55,222 nucleotides of DNA, taken from assembly GCA_964528205.1 (NCBI GenBank), contig CAZGRI010000001.1, forward strand, positions 1 to 55,222. Direction: 5' to 3'. Positions within the stretch are counted from its first letter, which is position 1. Each line of letters begins with the position of its first letter. Shown piece by piece: positions 16,560 to 25,884 of this stretch. Under the pieces are notes generated by a model. The model searched no databases, was not told where the DNA came from, and saw only the letters and a program-made list of their open reading frames with translations. The stretch comes from an uncultured Dehalococcoidia bacterium. GTDB lineage: Bacteria > Chloroflexota > Dehalococcoidia > Lucifugimonadales > CAZGRI01. A program made the translations under genes and the position numbers.

Positions 16560-16778
16560 CTGGTTCGCCTTTCCTAGATGACCTGCGAGAGTCCGCCCCT
16601 ACCGGCCACACGGCCACGACCGCTGTCAGATATCGGAGCGGCTCGATGGGCCGCGCCATTGTATCAAAAGACAGCAGCTCAGGGCACACCGGGACCCCCA
16701 CCCCGTTCTTGCCGGGCGCGACGCCACGGTGTTAGACTCGTCAGACTCTGGCGCACCCTTGGTCAGGAGCTACTGACA

Positions 16779-18095
16779 GTGCCTAAGGGCGACCCTCGAA
16801 ACGGGGTCTACTATGGCTGGTTCGTGCTTGCCGCATGCTTCTTCGCCATGTTCGTATCGGTGGGTGGGCGCAACGGCTTCGGCGTGTTCATCATCGACAT
16901 GACCGACGACTTCGGCTGGAGCCGCGGGACCATATCCATGGCGATAGCGATCGGCTGGCTGGTCAACGGCGCCAGCCAGCCCTTCCTCGGTCGCCTGTAC
17001 GACAGGTTCGGCGGGCGCAGGACGATCTCCATCAGCCTCGTCGTGCTGGGCGCCGGCACGATGCTCCTGAGCCGGACCAATAGCGTCTGGTTTCTCATCC
17101 TGGTCTACGGCGTGGTGATGTCGGTGGCGGCGGGCGGCGCCTCGCTGGTCACCATCCACGCGCTTCTGGCCAGATGGTTCTATCGCAGACGGGGCCAGGT
17201 GCTGAGCATCTCCACGGCTGGGGCATCGGCGGGCGCCCTGGTGCTTGCGCCATTCGCCGCGTATCTGATCCTGGTGGTCGGCTGGCGCATGACGTGGACG
17301 GTGATGGGCGCAATGATACTCCTGCTGGCGGTGCCGCTAGCGTTTCTGATGATAAGGGACGATCCGGCCGACATTGGAGAACAGCCCGATGGCGACGGTG
17401 ACCGGAGTGATAGAGGCGGACGTCCCAGGTCGAGAGACGGCTATCAGCGGGGACCGCTTGAGGCCGACGACTGGCGGGAGTCGTACAGGACTCGCCCGAT
17501 GTGGCAGCTTACGGGCGCCTATTTCGTCTGCGGCATGACCACGGCGATAATATCGGCGCACTACGTTCCGTTCGCCATAGACCGGGGCGCCTCGCTCGGC
17601 ACCGCGGCCCTGGCCTTCGGGCTCATGAGCGGTCTCAACGTCATAGGCGTGCTGGCTGTGGGCACGATGTCCGACCGCCTGAGCCGGAAGAACCTGCTGG
17701 GCACGGTCTACGCGGTGCGTGGCCTCGCCTATCTGATGCTGCTGCTGGCCCCGGGCGCCTGGGCCCTGTGGGGGTTCGCCGTGATCGCGGGCATGTCGTG
17801 GATAGCCTCGGCCCCGCTGACCTCGTCGCTTACGGCGGACATCTACGGGATCAGGAACATGGGCGTGCTGAACGGCATGGCGACATTCTCCCATCAGATC
17901 GGAGGAGCCCTCAGTATCTACCTCGGTGGGACGCTCTACGACCTGTTCGGCGCATACGACGTGCCGTTCGCCATCGCGGGAGCGATGCTTGTGGGCGCCA
18001 GTATCGCGAGCTTCAGCATCAAAGAACGGGCGTACTCGTCGCGATACCAGCCGCCGCAACGCGTGCCGGTCCCCGCCGCCGCCGATGGCGACTAG
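16779..18095 (+). CDS. MFS transporter (oxalate/formate-antiporter-like or monocarboxylate type)
   Basis: About 12 hydrophobic helices and the motif GRLYDRFGGRRT after TM2. GTG 16779 has AGGAG 9 nt upstream. The ORF-track extension back to 16578 is Arg/Pro-rich and overlaps the divergent promoter region. Confidence 0.85.
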   Translation: MPKGDPRNGVYYGWFVLAACFFAMFVSVGGRNGFGVFIIDMTDDFGWSRGTISMAIAIGWLVNGASQPFLGRLYDRFGGRRTISISLVVLGAGTMLLSRTNSVWFLILVYGVVMSVAAGGASLVTIHALLARWFYRRRGQVLSISTAGASAGALVLAPFAAYLILVVGWRMTWTVMGAMILLLAVPLAFLMIRDDPADIGEQPDGDGDRSDRGGRPRSRDGYQRGPLEADDWRESYRTRPMWQLTGAYFVCGMTTAIISAHYVPFAIDRGASLGTAALAFGLMSGLNVIGVLAVGTMSDRLSRKNLLGTVYAVRGLAYLMLLLAPGAWALWGFAVIAGMSWIASAPLTSSLTADIYGIRNMGVLNGMATFSHQIGGALSIYLGGTLYDLFGAYDVPFAIAGAMLVGASIASFSIKERAYSSRYQPPQRVPVPAAADGD

Positions 18096-18130
18096 CCGGT
18101 CCGTCCAGGCCCGCGTCTGATCTGAGACAC

Positions 18131-19240
18131 GTGAAGATCTCGACTTCAACCACCCTGGTCCCCGCTCGCTACTCCAGGCCCCTCGACCGCGCGGACGGCT
18201 CCGAAGGCGGGTCGCTTATCGAGGTCTCCGACGACGGCGTCGTCCTCGACCTCGCCGGCGCCGTGCTGGATGGAGAGGACTTCACCGGCCTGGGATTCTA
18301 CGTCCACGACTGCGAGTCCGTCACGATCGAGAACGGCGTCATCAAAGGCTTCTACTACGGGATTAGGGCGGAAAACGTTCGCAGGCTGACCATCCGAAAC
18401 TGCGTCGTGTCGGACAATCACAACCCGCGGGATGTGGGATGGCTCCCGGACACCGGCGACCCGGTGGAGGACGGCTTCGGCGGCGGGGTCTATCTGCGTG
18501 ACGTGTCCGATAGCCTGTTTGAGAACAACGAGCTCAACGACAACTTCGACGGCATCCTGCTTGTGGGCTCGGACCGGAACACCCTCCGCAATAACAACGC
18601 GTCGTACAACAGCAACGTCGGGATCCACCTGGTCCGATCGAGCCACAACGTCCTGGAGGAGAACCGGGCGGACCACTGCATACGCTACACGGGCGATTTC
18701 TGGTGCGACACGGCCGACTCGGCGGGCATGCTCCTGGAGGAGTACTCCCATCACAACAGGATCGTGGGCAACAGCCTGCGCTATGGGGGCGACGGCTTCT
18801 TCATCAGGGCCAACAACCGGCACGGCTGCAGCCACAACTACGTGGCGAAGAACGACGCGAGCTTCTCGCCCAACAACGCCTTCGAGGCGGGTTTCTCCCA
18901 GCACAACCTCTTCGAGGACAACGTCGCGGACTTCTCCAACTACGGCTTCTGGCTCGGCTACTCCCGCAACACGACGGTTCGACGAAACAGCGTCAGGTCG
19001 AACCGCTTCGACGGAGTCGCCATCGAGGAGGGGCGCCACAACCTGATCGAGGAGAACGACATCGAGGGCAACCGGTACGGGATAAGGCTCTGGGGGGCAA
19101 TCTCGGACGACGACGAGGGCCCATCGGAGGTCTGTGCCGTCCGCGGCAATAGGATAACGGGATCGAGGGAGGCTGGAGTGGTGTTCCCCACGGGGGACAA
19201 CGTCTTTCGCGCCAACCGTAAGGACGTTGAGAGCTCGTGA
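18131..19240 (+). CDS. Right-handed parallel beta-helix repeat protein (NosD/pectin-lyase-fold-like)
   Basis: Serial PbH1-type repeats (IRNCVVSDNHN, FENNELNDNFDGILL, LRNNNASYNSNVGIHL, LEENRADH, IVGNSLRYGGDGFFI, FEDNVADFSNYGFWL, VRRNSVRSNRFDGVAI, IEENDIEGNRYGIRL). The ORF-track start 17501 overlaps the MFS gene. The first in-frame start after the MFS stop is GTG 18131, so the start is uncertain. Confidence 0.7.
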   Translation: MKISTSTTLVPARYSRPLDRADGSEGGSLIEVSDDGVVLDLAGAVLDGEDFTGLGFYVHDCESVTIENGVIKGFYYGIRAENVRRLTIRNCVVSDNHNPRDVGWLPDTGDPVEDGFGGGVYLRDVSDSLFENNELNDNFDGILLVGSDRNTLRNNNASYNSNVGIHLVRSSHNVLEENRADHCIRYTGDFWCDTADSAGMLLEEYSHHNRIVGNSLRYGGDGFFIRANNRHGCSHNYVAKNDASFSPNNAFEAGFSQHNLFEDNVADFSNYGFWLGYSRNTTVRRNSVRSNRFDGVAIEEGRHNLIEENDIEGNRYGIRLWGAISDDDEGPSEVCAVRGNRITGSREAGVVFPTGDNVFRANRKDVESS

Positions 19241-19253
19241 CGGCCCGGCCGCT

Positions 19254-19475
19254 ATGATTGGCGTACCAGAAAGCCTGAAGCCCGTCGTCTTCCTGGCCCA
19301 CCACTCCGAGCCGGGCGACCCCGACCTGCTGGAGTGGATCAGGCATCAGATCGACACGATGCTGGGCCTGGGCCCGCTCTACATCGTCGTGCTTCTCGGC
19401 ATCGTGGTCCTGGCCATCCCGCTGGGCATAACCGTGCTGTTCCTCCTCAACCGCCGCCGCGGGGCCCGGTCATAG
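19254..19475 (+). CDS. Small single-pass membrane protein (hypothetical)
   Basis: One clear TM helix (LGPLYIVVLLGIVVLAIPLGITVLFLL) followed by NRRRGARS. It begins 14 nt after the beta-helix gene. No clear SD motif. Confidence 0.35.
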   Translation: MIGVPESLKPVVFLAHHSEPGDPDLLEWIRHQIDTMLGLGPLYIVVLLGIVVLAIPLGITVLFLLNRRRGARS

Positions 19476-19493
19476 GGGCCCGCTCACAAGCTC

Positions 19494-22382
19494 CTAGATC
19501 GCGTCGGCCAGGACCTCGACCAGGTGTCTCGCCTTGCGGGCGGTCCCGTGCTCGATCTGCTGCCGGCAGGACACGCCTTCAGACACGACGGTGAAGTCGC
19601 CCTCCTGCTCCCGTATGGCCGGGAACAGGACCTGCTCGCCTATCTCCATCGACAGGTCGTAGTGCTCCTTTTCGAACCCGAAGGAGCCGGCCATCCCGCA
19701 GCAGCCGGACTCGATCTCCTCCGTGTCAGGACCCAGCGACCTCAAGACCTGCATCGCCGCGTCGGTCCCCACCAGCGCCTTCTGGTGGCAGTGGCCGTGA
19801 AGCAGCAACTTGCCAGGCGAGCCGTCGGTCTTGATGCGCGCTCCGTGCTCTTCGGCGGCGTGGAGGACGAACTCCTCGACGAGCATGGTGCTCGCCTGGA
19901 CCGCCCTGGCCCTGGGCTCCCCGTCCAGCAGGTCGACGTAATCGTCCTTGAAGCTCAGGATGCAGCTTGGTTCCAGCCCGACGAGCTTCGCGCCTCTCTC
20001 GACATAGGGGTATATGCGGTCCACGTTGTGCCGGGCGTTCCGGCGGGCCTTTTCCAGCATGCCTTTGGACAGCATCGGCCGGCCGCAACACCTCACGCCG
20101 GGGACGACGACGCGGAAACCCAGGTTCTCCAGGACTTTCACCGCCGCCCTGCCCAGCTCCGGATGGTTGTAGTTGGTGAAGGTATCGGGGAACAGTACCG
20201 CGTCACCGTGCTTCGCGTCCGCGGGAGAGGACCCTCCTCTGGCCTTGAACCACTGCAGGAAGGTCTGACCGGCGAACCTGGGAAGCTTTCGACTTCCTGC
20301 GATCCCCACCTGGGACTCGAGCAGGTCGGACACGACACTCGCTTCCATGGTCCAGTTGGAAAGCGGCGCGAAGAAGGAGCCCAGCTTGCTGAGGGTCGCG
20401 ATGTTCCCGAACATGAGGTCACGCAGGGAGTGGCCACGGGCCTTGTGGTAAGTATTCAGGAACTCGTACTTGAGCTTGGCGACGTCGACGTTGGACGGGC
20501 ACTCGGCCTTACAGCCTTTGCACGCGAGACAGAGGTCTAATACGTCGTGCATCTCCTTGCTGCTGAGCATGTCCGGCGGCAGAGCGCCCGACATGGCCGC
20601 GCGTAGCGCGTTGGCACGGCCTCTGGGTGAGTGCTCCTCGCCCCGGGTGGCCATGTAGGACGGGCACATCGTGCCCCCAAGCTTCCGGCACGCGCCCTGG
20701 CCGTTGCACATCTCGATGGCCGATGCGAAGCTGCCCTCCTGAGCGAAAGCGAAGCCGCTCTTGTACTCGACGGTGCTGTACGACGGCCCGGTCCTCAAGT
20801 TCTCGGTCATTGATGGAGGGTCGACGATCTTCCCCGGGTTCATGATGCCCTTGGGGTCGAAGGCGCGTTTGACATCGGCGAATGCCCGGCAGATCTGGGG
20901 TCCGAACATCTTCTCCAGCCATGGGCTGCGCACCAGCCCGTCTCCATGCTCCCCGCTGATGGATCCGCCGTACTCCAGGACCAGGTCGCTGATCTCGTCG
21001 GCGATGGACACCATGCGATCGACGCCGTCCTGCCGCTTCATGTCGATCAGAGGCCGGATGTGCAGACAGCCGACGCTGGCGTGCCCGTAGTATCCCGCCG
21101 TCGTACCGTTGGCGCGAACGATCTCGTCGAACCGCCTGACGAAGTCGGGCAGCACATCGGGTGCAACGGCCGTGTCTTCGACGAAAGGCAGGGGCTTCGC
21201 GTCTCCGGGCACGTTCATCATTAGCCCTAACCCCGCCTTGCGGAACGCCCAGACCCTGGCCTGGTCCGCCGGGTCCGTGAGTCGAGTGACCGCATAGCCA
21301 AGACCGCGCGTGGTCGTCATCCTCTCCAGGCGGTCGAGCTTGGACTCCACTTCAGCGACCGAGTCCCCCACCAGCTCGACCACCAGCAGCGCGTCCGGGT
21401 CTCCCTGGATGAAGTCCATCAGCCGGCTGTACTCCAGGTTGGAACGCGCCTGCCGGATAATCATGCTGCCGATCAGCTCGACCGCCGCTGGCTCCAGCTC
21501 CAGCGTTGCGACCGTCGCCTCCATCGACTCCAGCAGGGTGTTGAAGTGGAGGACGGCCAGCGCCTTCTCTTTGGGGATGGGCACTGTCCTGAGCTTCGCC
21601 TCCGTCACCGTCACCAGCGTGCCCTCGGAGCCCACGACGAACCGTGCCATGTTGAAGCCGCCGCCCGACAGCTCGTCCAGGTTATATCCCGACACCCTGC
21701 GCTGAATCTTGGGGTAGCGGGCCAGGACCTCCTCGCGGTTCGCCTCGCCGATGGCCAGCAGACTGCGGTAGATCTCGGGCTCCAGGCCGTCGCCGCTCGC
21801 CGCCGACTCCAGGGCGGCTCCATCCAGCGGGCCGTAGCGTGACCGGTCGCCGTTGGACAGGATCACGTCCAGGTCTATGACGTTGTCGACGGTCTTGCCC
21901 CACGTTATCGAGTGGGCGCCGCACGAGTTGTTGCCCAGCGCCCCTCCCACGTTGCCCCGGTTGCTGGTGCTTGGGTCCGGGGCGAACAGCACGCCGTGGG
22001 GCTGGAGACGCGCATTCAGCTCATCCAGAACGATGCCCGGCTGGGCCCGCACCCAGCCCTCCTCGGCGTTGACCTCGACGACGTTCCTCATGTACTTGGA
22101 GAAGTCGATGACTATGGCGTTGCCGACCGTCTGGCCGGCCAGGCTGGTGCCCCCGCCCCGGGGCAGGACCGGCAGCCCATGACGGTCCGCCTCCTCCACG
22201 ACCGCGATGACGTCCTCGTCGTTTCGGGGGATCACCACGCCGATGGGCTCGATCTGGTAGATGCTGGCGTCGGTGCTGTAGAGCACACGGGTCATCTTGT
22301 CGAAGCGCACCTCGCCCGACACCTGCCGCTTCAGGTCTTCGACGAGAGTCCCCATGTCCGAGTCCGTGAGCTTGGCCGTCAT
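19494..22382 (-). CDS. Fused FAD-linked oxidase / 4Fe-4S / CCG-domain protein (YdiJ-like 2-hydroxyacid dehydrogenase)
   Basis: N-terminal GlcD-like FAD-binding domain (VIPRNDEDVIAVVEEADRHGLPVLPRGGGTSLAGQ). Central Cys clusters CNGQGACRK..C and CLACKGCKAEC. Two C-terminal CCG-like motifs (CCG, CCGMAG). The start is set at ATG 22382 (MTAKLTDSD, GGAGG upstream). The ORF-track start 22577 reads into a repeat element. Confidence 0.85.
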   Translation of the reverse strand: MTAKLTDSDMGTLVEDLKRQVSGEVRFDKMTRVLYSTDASIYQIEPIGVVIPRNDEDVIAVVEEADRHGLPVLPRGGGTSLAGQTVGNAIVIDFSKYMRNVVEVNAEEGWVRAQPGIVLDELNARLQPHGVLFAPDPSTSNRGNVGGALGNNSCGAHSITWGKTVDNVIDLDVILSNGDRSRYGPLDGAALESAASGDGLEPEIYRSLLAIGEANREEVLARYPKIQRRVSGYNLDELSGGGFNMARFVVGSEGTLVTVTEAKLRTVPIPKEKALAVLHFNTLLESMEATVATLELEPAAVELIGSMIIRQARSNLEYSRLMDFIQGDPDALLVVELVGDSVAEVESKLDRLERMTTTRGLGYAVTRLTDPADQARVWAFRKAGLGLMMNVPGDAKPLPFVEDTAVAPDVLPDFVRRFDEIVRANGTTAGYYGHASVGCLHIRPLIDMKRQDGVDRMVSIADEISDLVLEYGGSISGEHGDGLVRSPWLEKMFGPQICRAFADVKRAFDPKGIMNPGKIVDPPSMTENLRTGPSYSTVEYKSGFAFAQEGSFASAIEMCNGQGACRKLGGTMCPSYMATRGEEHSPRGRANALRAAMSGALPPDMLSSKEMHDVLDLCLACKGCKAECPSNVDVAKLKYEFLNTYHKARGHSLRDLMFGNIATLSKLGSFFAPLSNWTMEASVVSDLLESQVGIAGSRKLPRFAGQTFLQWFKARGGSSPADAKHGDAVLFPDTFTNYNHPELGRAAVKVLENLGFRVVVPGVRCCGRPMLSKGMLEKARRNARHNVDRIYPYVERGAKLVGLEPSCILSFKDDYVDLLDGEPRARAVQASTMLVEEFVLHAAEEHGARIKTDGSPGKLLLHGHCHQKALVGTDAAMQVLRSLGPDTEEIESGCCGMAGSFGFEKEHYDLSMEIGEQVLFPAIREQEGDFTVVSEGVSCRQQIEHGTARKARHLVEVLADAI

Positions 22383-22500
22383 AGCCTCCGTCCAGTCCGC
22401 TAGGGTGCGCGCCACAGAGCGTTGTAATAGGATAGCCCGCCGGCTTACGCTTTGGGAAGCGGCTGTGGTCGCACACGAGTCGCGTCCGCCCGGCATGGTG

Positions 22501-22616
22501 GGCCTTATGCGGCGGGCAGACGTTTCAACCTCACTTCTTGGTTTCCCCTCTCCATGTCCGATGGAGAGGGGACTCACTCAACCGCGCCTCACCCATTGGC
22601 CAGGTAGGGGTGAGGT
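22501..22616 (+). repeat. Nested-hairpin intergenic element, copy 1
   Basis: Perfect 11-bp inner stem cccctctccat/atggagagggg (22545-22571). Outer pairing acctcac/gtgaggt. Confidence 0.75.
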
Positions 22617-22653
22617 CGGCGTCTTCCGCAAGTCGAGCCAGCCTGACATAGCG

Positions 22654-22769
22654 GGCCTTGTGCAGCGGGCAGACGTTTCAACCTCACCCCTTGTTTTCCC
22701 CTCTCCATCCGACATGGAGAGGGGACTCCCTCAACCGCGACTCGCCCTCTAGTCAGGCAGGGGTGAGGT
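22654..22769 (+). repeat. Nested-hairpin intergenic element, copy 2 (tandem, 153-nt offset)
   Basis: Same inner stem with a different loop (ccgac). Outer 10-bp pairing acctcacccc/ggggtgaggt. The 5' flank ggccttgtgcagcgggcagacgtttcaacctcac is shared with copy 1. Confidence 0.75.
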
Positions 22770-22850
22770 GCGACTCATTGACGGGCCTTCTTCCCGGAAC
22801 TTACACTTGCCGGACACAAACGCGGCCCCCTCTGGACGGTCCGCGACGAG

Positions 22851-23819
22851 GTGTGGAGCTTGACGGAATCCCCGGACAGTGCGTTGCTGGCAGAGATCGA
22901 GGCCCACGCGGTCGAAATCGCCCGTGGGGCCGGTGCGATGCTCGCGCGCGACTTTGGAAAGCCTCTGAAGGTCGAGTACAAGGACGAAAGGAAGAGGGAC
23001 CCCGTCACCGAGGTAGACAAGGAGGTCCAATCCTATCTGAAAAAGGCCATCCTGGACCGTTTCCCGGACCACGGTGTGCTGGGCGAGGAAGGGCAGGACG
23101 ACGACGGCCCGGCCCGGGAGTTCATGTGGGTCCTGGACCCACTGGACGGGACCAAGAACTACATAGGCGGGCTTCCTGTTTACTCATCGTCCATAGGCGT
23201 CATGCACAGGGGCAGCCCGATCGCCGGGGCCCTGTATGTGCCCTGGCCGTCAAAGGGGAACGGCGTGGTGCTCCACGCCCGAAGAGGCGGAGGCGCGTTT
23301 GTCGATGAGGAGCCGCTGTCCGTCGCCGACTCCCCGGAGCCCAAGGGCAACGCTCTGGTGACGCTGCCGGGACCGTGGATGGCCATGCTCCGGTTCGGCA
23401 AACCGATGCGAAGCAAGGTGGGAGAGGTCCGGGTCACAGGGAGCATCGCCTACGAGCTGGCGATGACCGCCAGAGGGGTGTTCCAGTACTCGATCACCCT
23501 GACGCCCCATCTGTGGGACATCGCTGCGGGGGCGGCGATAGTCCCGGAGGCGGGCGGTCTGGTGATGCTGGGACACCGGCCTAAGGGCTTTCGGAGCCTA
23601 CTCGCGCCCATCCGGTGGGAGCCGGTGGGCTCCCTGGTGCCCTCGTGGCGGGACGGCGAGACCACGCTGACGGACCTGCGTAGCTGGTCGATGCCCATGG
23701 CCTTCGGGGCCCCCGGGCCGGTCCGCTACGTCACTTCCAACATCGGGATCAGGTCCTCACTGAGGCGGAGGTTCACCAGACGCCTTCGGGGCATGATGCG
23801 CCGGAAAGGACATCGATGA
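22851..23819 (+). CDS. Inositol monophosphatase family protein (SuhB/CysQ-like)
   Basis: Motifs DPVTEVDKE, WVLDPLDGTKNY and WDIAAGAAIV. GTG start at 22851. Confidence 0.85.
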   Translation: MWSLTESPDSALLAEIEAHAVEIARGAGAMLARDFGKPLKVEYKDERKRDPVTEVDKEVQSYLKKAILDRFPDHGVLGEEGQDDDGPAREFMWVLDPLDGTKNYIGGLPVYSSSIGVMHRGSPIAGALYVPWPSKGNGVVLHARRGGGAFVDEEPLSVADSPEPKGNALVTLPGPWMAMLRFGKPMRSKVGEVRVTGSIAYELAMTARGVFQYSITLTPHLWDIAAGAAIVPEAGGLVMLGHRPKGFRSLLAPIRWEPVGSLVPSWRDGETTLTDLRSWSMPMAFGAPGPVRYVTSNIGIRSSLRRRFTRRLRGMMRRKGHR

Positions 23820-23976
23820 AGAAACCGTCGCGATCACGTTACCTCTAGCGTAGGGATTCTCAAGGCATCGGGGAAGAGGGAAGGTCACATAGGCGGACAG
23901 AGAGGTCGAGGCCCAGAGCGTGTCCAGGACCGCGGTGTGCTGCCAAAATAGTTGCTAACTGATGGGAGAACTGGAT

Positions 23977-24774
23977 ATGGATGTAACAGGAAGATCCGCC
24001 GTCGTCACCGGCGCTGGAAGAGGCATCGGCCGCGGCATCAGCTTAGTGTTGGCGCGAAACGGTGCTCATGTGGCCGTGGCTGACATTAACCTGGAAAGCG
24101 CCCAAAAAGTCGCCGCCGAGGTGACCTATTTCGGACGTCGGTCGCTGGGCGTGTCCTTGGACGTTACCGACCAGGAGTCCACCGACCGCATGGTCGGGAA
24201 AGCGATTGAATCGTTTGGCCGCATCGACATTCTGGTGAACAACGCCGGGGTCATTGGGGCAGAGGGCTGGGAACAGCGGGAGAAACCAGATGAGGATGAC
24301 TGGGACTTGACATTCGAGGTCAATGTTAAGGGTATCGCTAGGGTCACCGATGCAATCGTGCCAAGTATGAAGGAGAATCGCTATGGCAAGATCATCAATA
24401 TCGCCTCCATCGCCGCCCGCCAGGGAAGCCCCGGCAACCCACCTTACCCCGTCTCCAAGGCAGGAGTCATAAGCTTGACCCAGTCCCAGGCCCTGGAGCT
24501 GGCACCACACAACATCAATGTCAACGCCATCTGTCCTGGCCTGCTCTGGACCCCTATGTTTGAGAGAATAATCGATCGCTCGGCCGTGAGACCTAACCCG
24601 GAAGGCAAGTCAGATAGGGAGCTTTTCATGGACAGCGTCGCGGCTGGCATTCCCTTGGGCCGTGAGCAGACACCCGAAGACATTGGGAATCTGGCGTCGT
24701 TCCTGGCTTCCGATTACGCTTGCAACATAACCGGCCAGTCCATCAACGTGAGTGGCGGCCGCTTCATGAACTGA
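23977..24774 (+). CDS. SDR family oxidoreductase
   Basis: TGAGRGIGRG, NNAG, and S...YPVSK (YxxxK). ATG 23977 follows GGGAG by 8 nt; 23962 is possible. Confidence 0.9.
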   Translation: MDVTGRSAVVTGAGRGIGRGISLVLARNGAHVAVADINLESAQKVAAEVTYFGRRSLGVSLDVTDQESTDRMVGKAIESFGRIDILVNNAGVIGAEGWEQREKPDEDDWDLTFEVNVKGIARVTDAIVPSMKENRYGKIINIASIAARQGSPGNPPYPVSKAGVISLTQSQALELAPHNINVNAICPGLLWTPMFERIIDRSAVRPNPEGKSDRELFMDSVAAGIPLGREQTPEDIGNLASFLASDYACNITGQSINVSGGRFMN

Positions 24775-24837
24775 GGACGCTGATCCAGTCATCCATTGTT
24801 GAGGGACAGGACCTCTAACACCATCCCTATTTGGCGA

Positions 24838-25866
24838 TCAGGTTACCTCCAGCGTCGGGTTTCTCAGGGCATCGGCGTACTGGGTCCGGTCCAGCGGGAT
24901 GAATTCCTTCTGGTATACCTGGATGCGGTACGACTCGTAGTCGGCGATGAACAGGCGGAACTCGTCGTCTATACGGACCGATCTCGGCCGCCTCAGATAC
25001 TTCTCCTGTTCCATTCTCCCAGTCTCCCTGTGCCTGTTGGGCACAGCGTTTGTGAGCATATAGGTCCGGGCCACGCGGGATAGGGATGCGTCACCCCTGA
25101 AAGTCCAGATGTACCGGCCCTCCGCGTTAAACATCTGCACACGGTCGTTGCCCCAGTCCGCGACGTATATGTCGCCATGTCCATCGACCGCGATGCCGGT
25201 AGGCCTGTCGAACTCCGACTCGCCGGCGCCGGCCGAGCCCACGACGTTCTTCAGCTCGCCGTCGCCGGAGAAGACCTGAAACCTGTTATTGCCCCAGTCG
25301 GCCACATAGACGTCGCCGCGCTCATCGACGTGGAGTCCCCAGGGCAGGTCCATCTCTCCCGGCTGTGTGCCGTGCGAGCCGAAGCCGTCTATGTACTCGC
25401 CTTCGGGCGTGTACCGCTGGATCCTGTGGTTCTTGGAGTCGACGACGGCGAGGTTCCCCTCGGGATCGAAGGCTATGCCGGCCGGGCCGTCGAACTCACC
25501 GTCTCCGTCGCCGGTCGAACCCCACTTCGAAACGAACTCTCCGGCCTCGTCGAACCTTGTAATCCGGTTGGTCGACTCGTCGCTGACGAAGATATGTCCG
25601 TCATTGTTGGTGATGATCTGCACGGGCCAGATGAGCTCGCCATCGCCGGTCCCGTAGCGACCGAATTCCTGGAGCTCGTCGGTTAGCTGATCCGAGTCCT
25701 CTATGGACCAGATCCTGATCTGGGCGGTCCCCTCCGAGCGCATGAGTATGTAGATCTTGCCGTTCTCTCCGAAGGCGACGTCGGCGGGGAAGTTCGATAC
25801 CCGACGCATGCCGAGCGTCTTCAGATACGGGTAGCCTGCTCTGAGCAGACCGTGTGGGCGTCCCAT
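24838..25866 (-). CDS. NHL-repeat beta-propeller protein (copy 2)
   Basis: PAGIAFDPEGNLAVVDSKNHRIQRY; PWGLHVDERGDVYVADWGNNRFQVF; PTGIAVDGHGDIYVADWGNDRVQMF. GAAGGAGG lies 6 nt upstream of the ATG. Confidence 0.85.
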   Translation of the reverse strand: MGRPHGLLRAGYPYLKTLGMRRVSNFPADVAFGENGKIYILMRSEGTAQIRIWSIEDSDQLTDELQEFGRYGTGDGELIWPVQIITNNDGHIFVSDESTNRITRFDEAGEFVSKWGSTGDGDGEFDGPAGIAFDPEGNLAVVDSKNHRIQRYTPEGEYIDGFGSHGTQPGEMDLPWGLHVDERGDVYVADWGNNRFQVFSGDGELKNVVGSAGAGESEFDRPTGIAVDGHGDIYVADWGNDRVQMFNAEGRYIWTFRGDASLSRVARTYMLTNAVPNRHRETGRMEQEKYLRRPRSVRIDDEFRLFIADYESYRIQVYQKEFIPLDRTQYADALRNPTLEVT

Positions 25867-25884
25867 AGAGGCCTCCTTCAGAGC

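Noticed and set aside
22383-22577. N-terminal 65 aa of ORF 19494..22577 (MSPLSIGHGEGKPRSEVETS...)
   Set aside because: This part is a translation of nested-hairpin repeat copy 1 and its flank. Homology-like sequence begins at MTAKLTDSD (ATG 22382), which has GGAGG upstream. Similar over-extended starts were trimmed for many other ORFs, including 10973..11944, 11932..13413, 16578..18095, 17501..19240, 27059..28540, 41051..41611, 41340..42506 and 51497..52648.
22501-22769. Possible CRISPR array, considered because of two direct repeats
   Set aside because: There are only two tandem units, about 115 nt long and imperfect, with a 153-nt period. No cas genes are present. A third copy is isolated 24 kb away. 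This behaves as a dispersed structured repeat, not a CRISPR.
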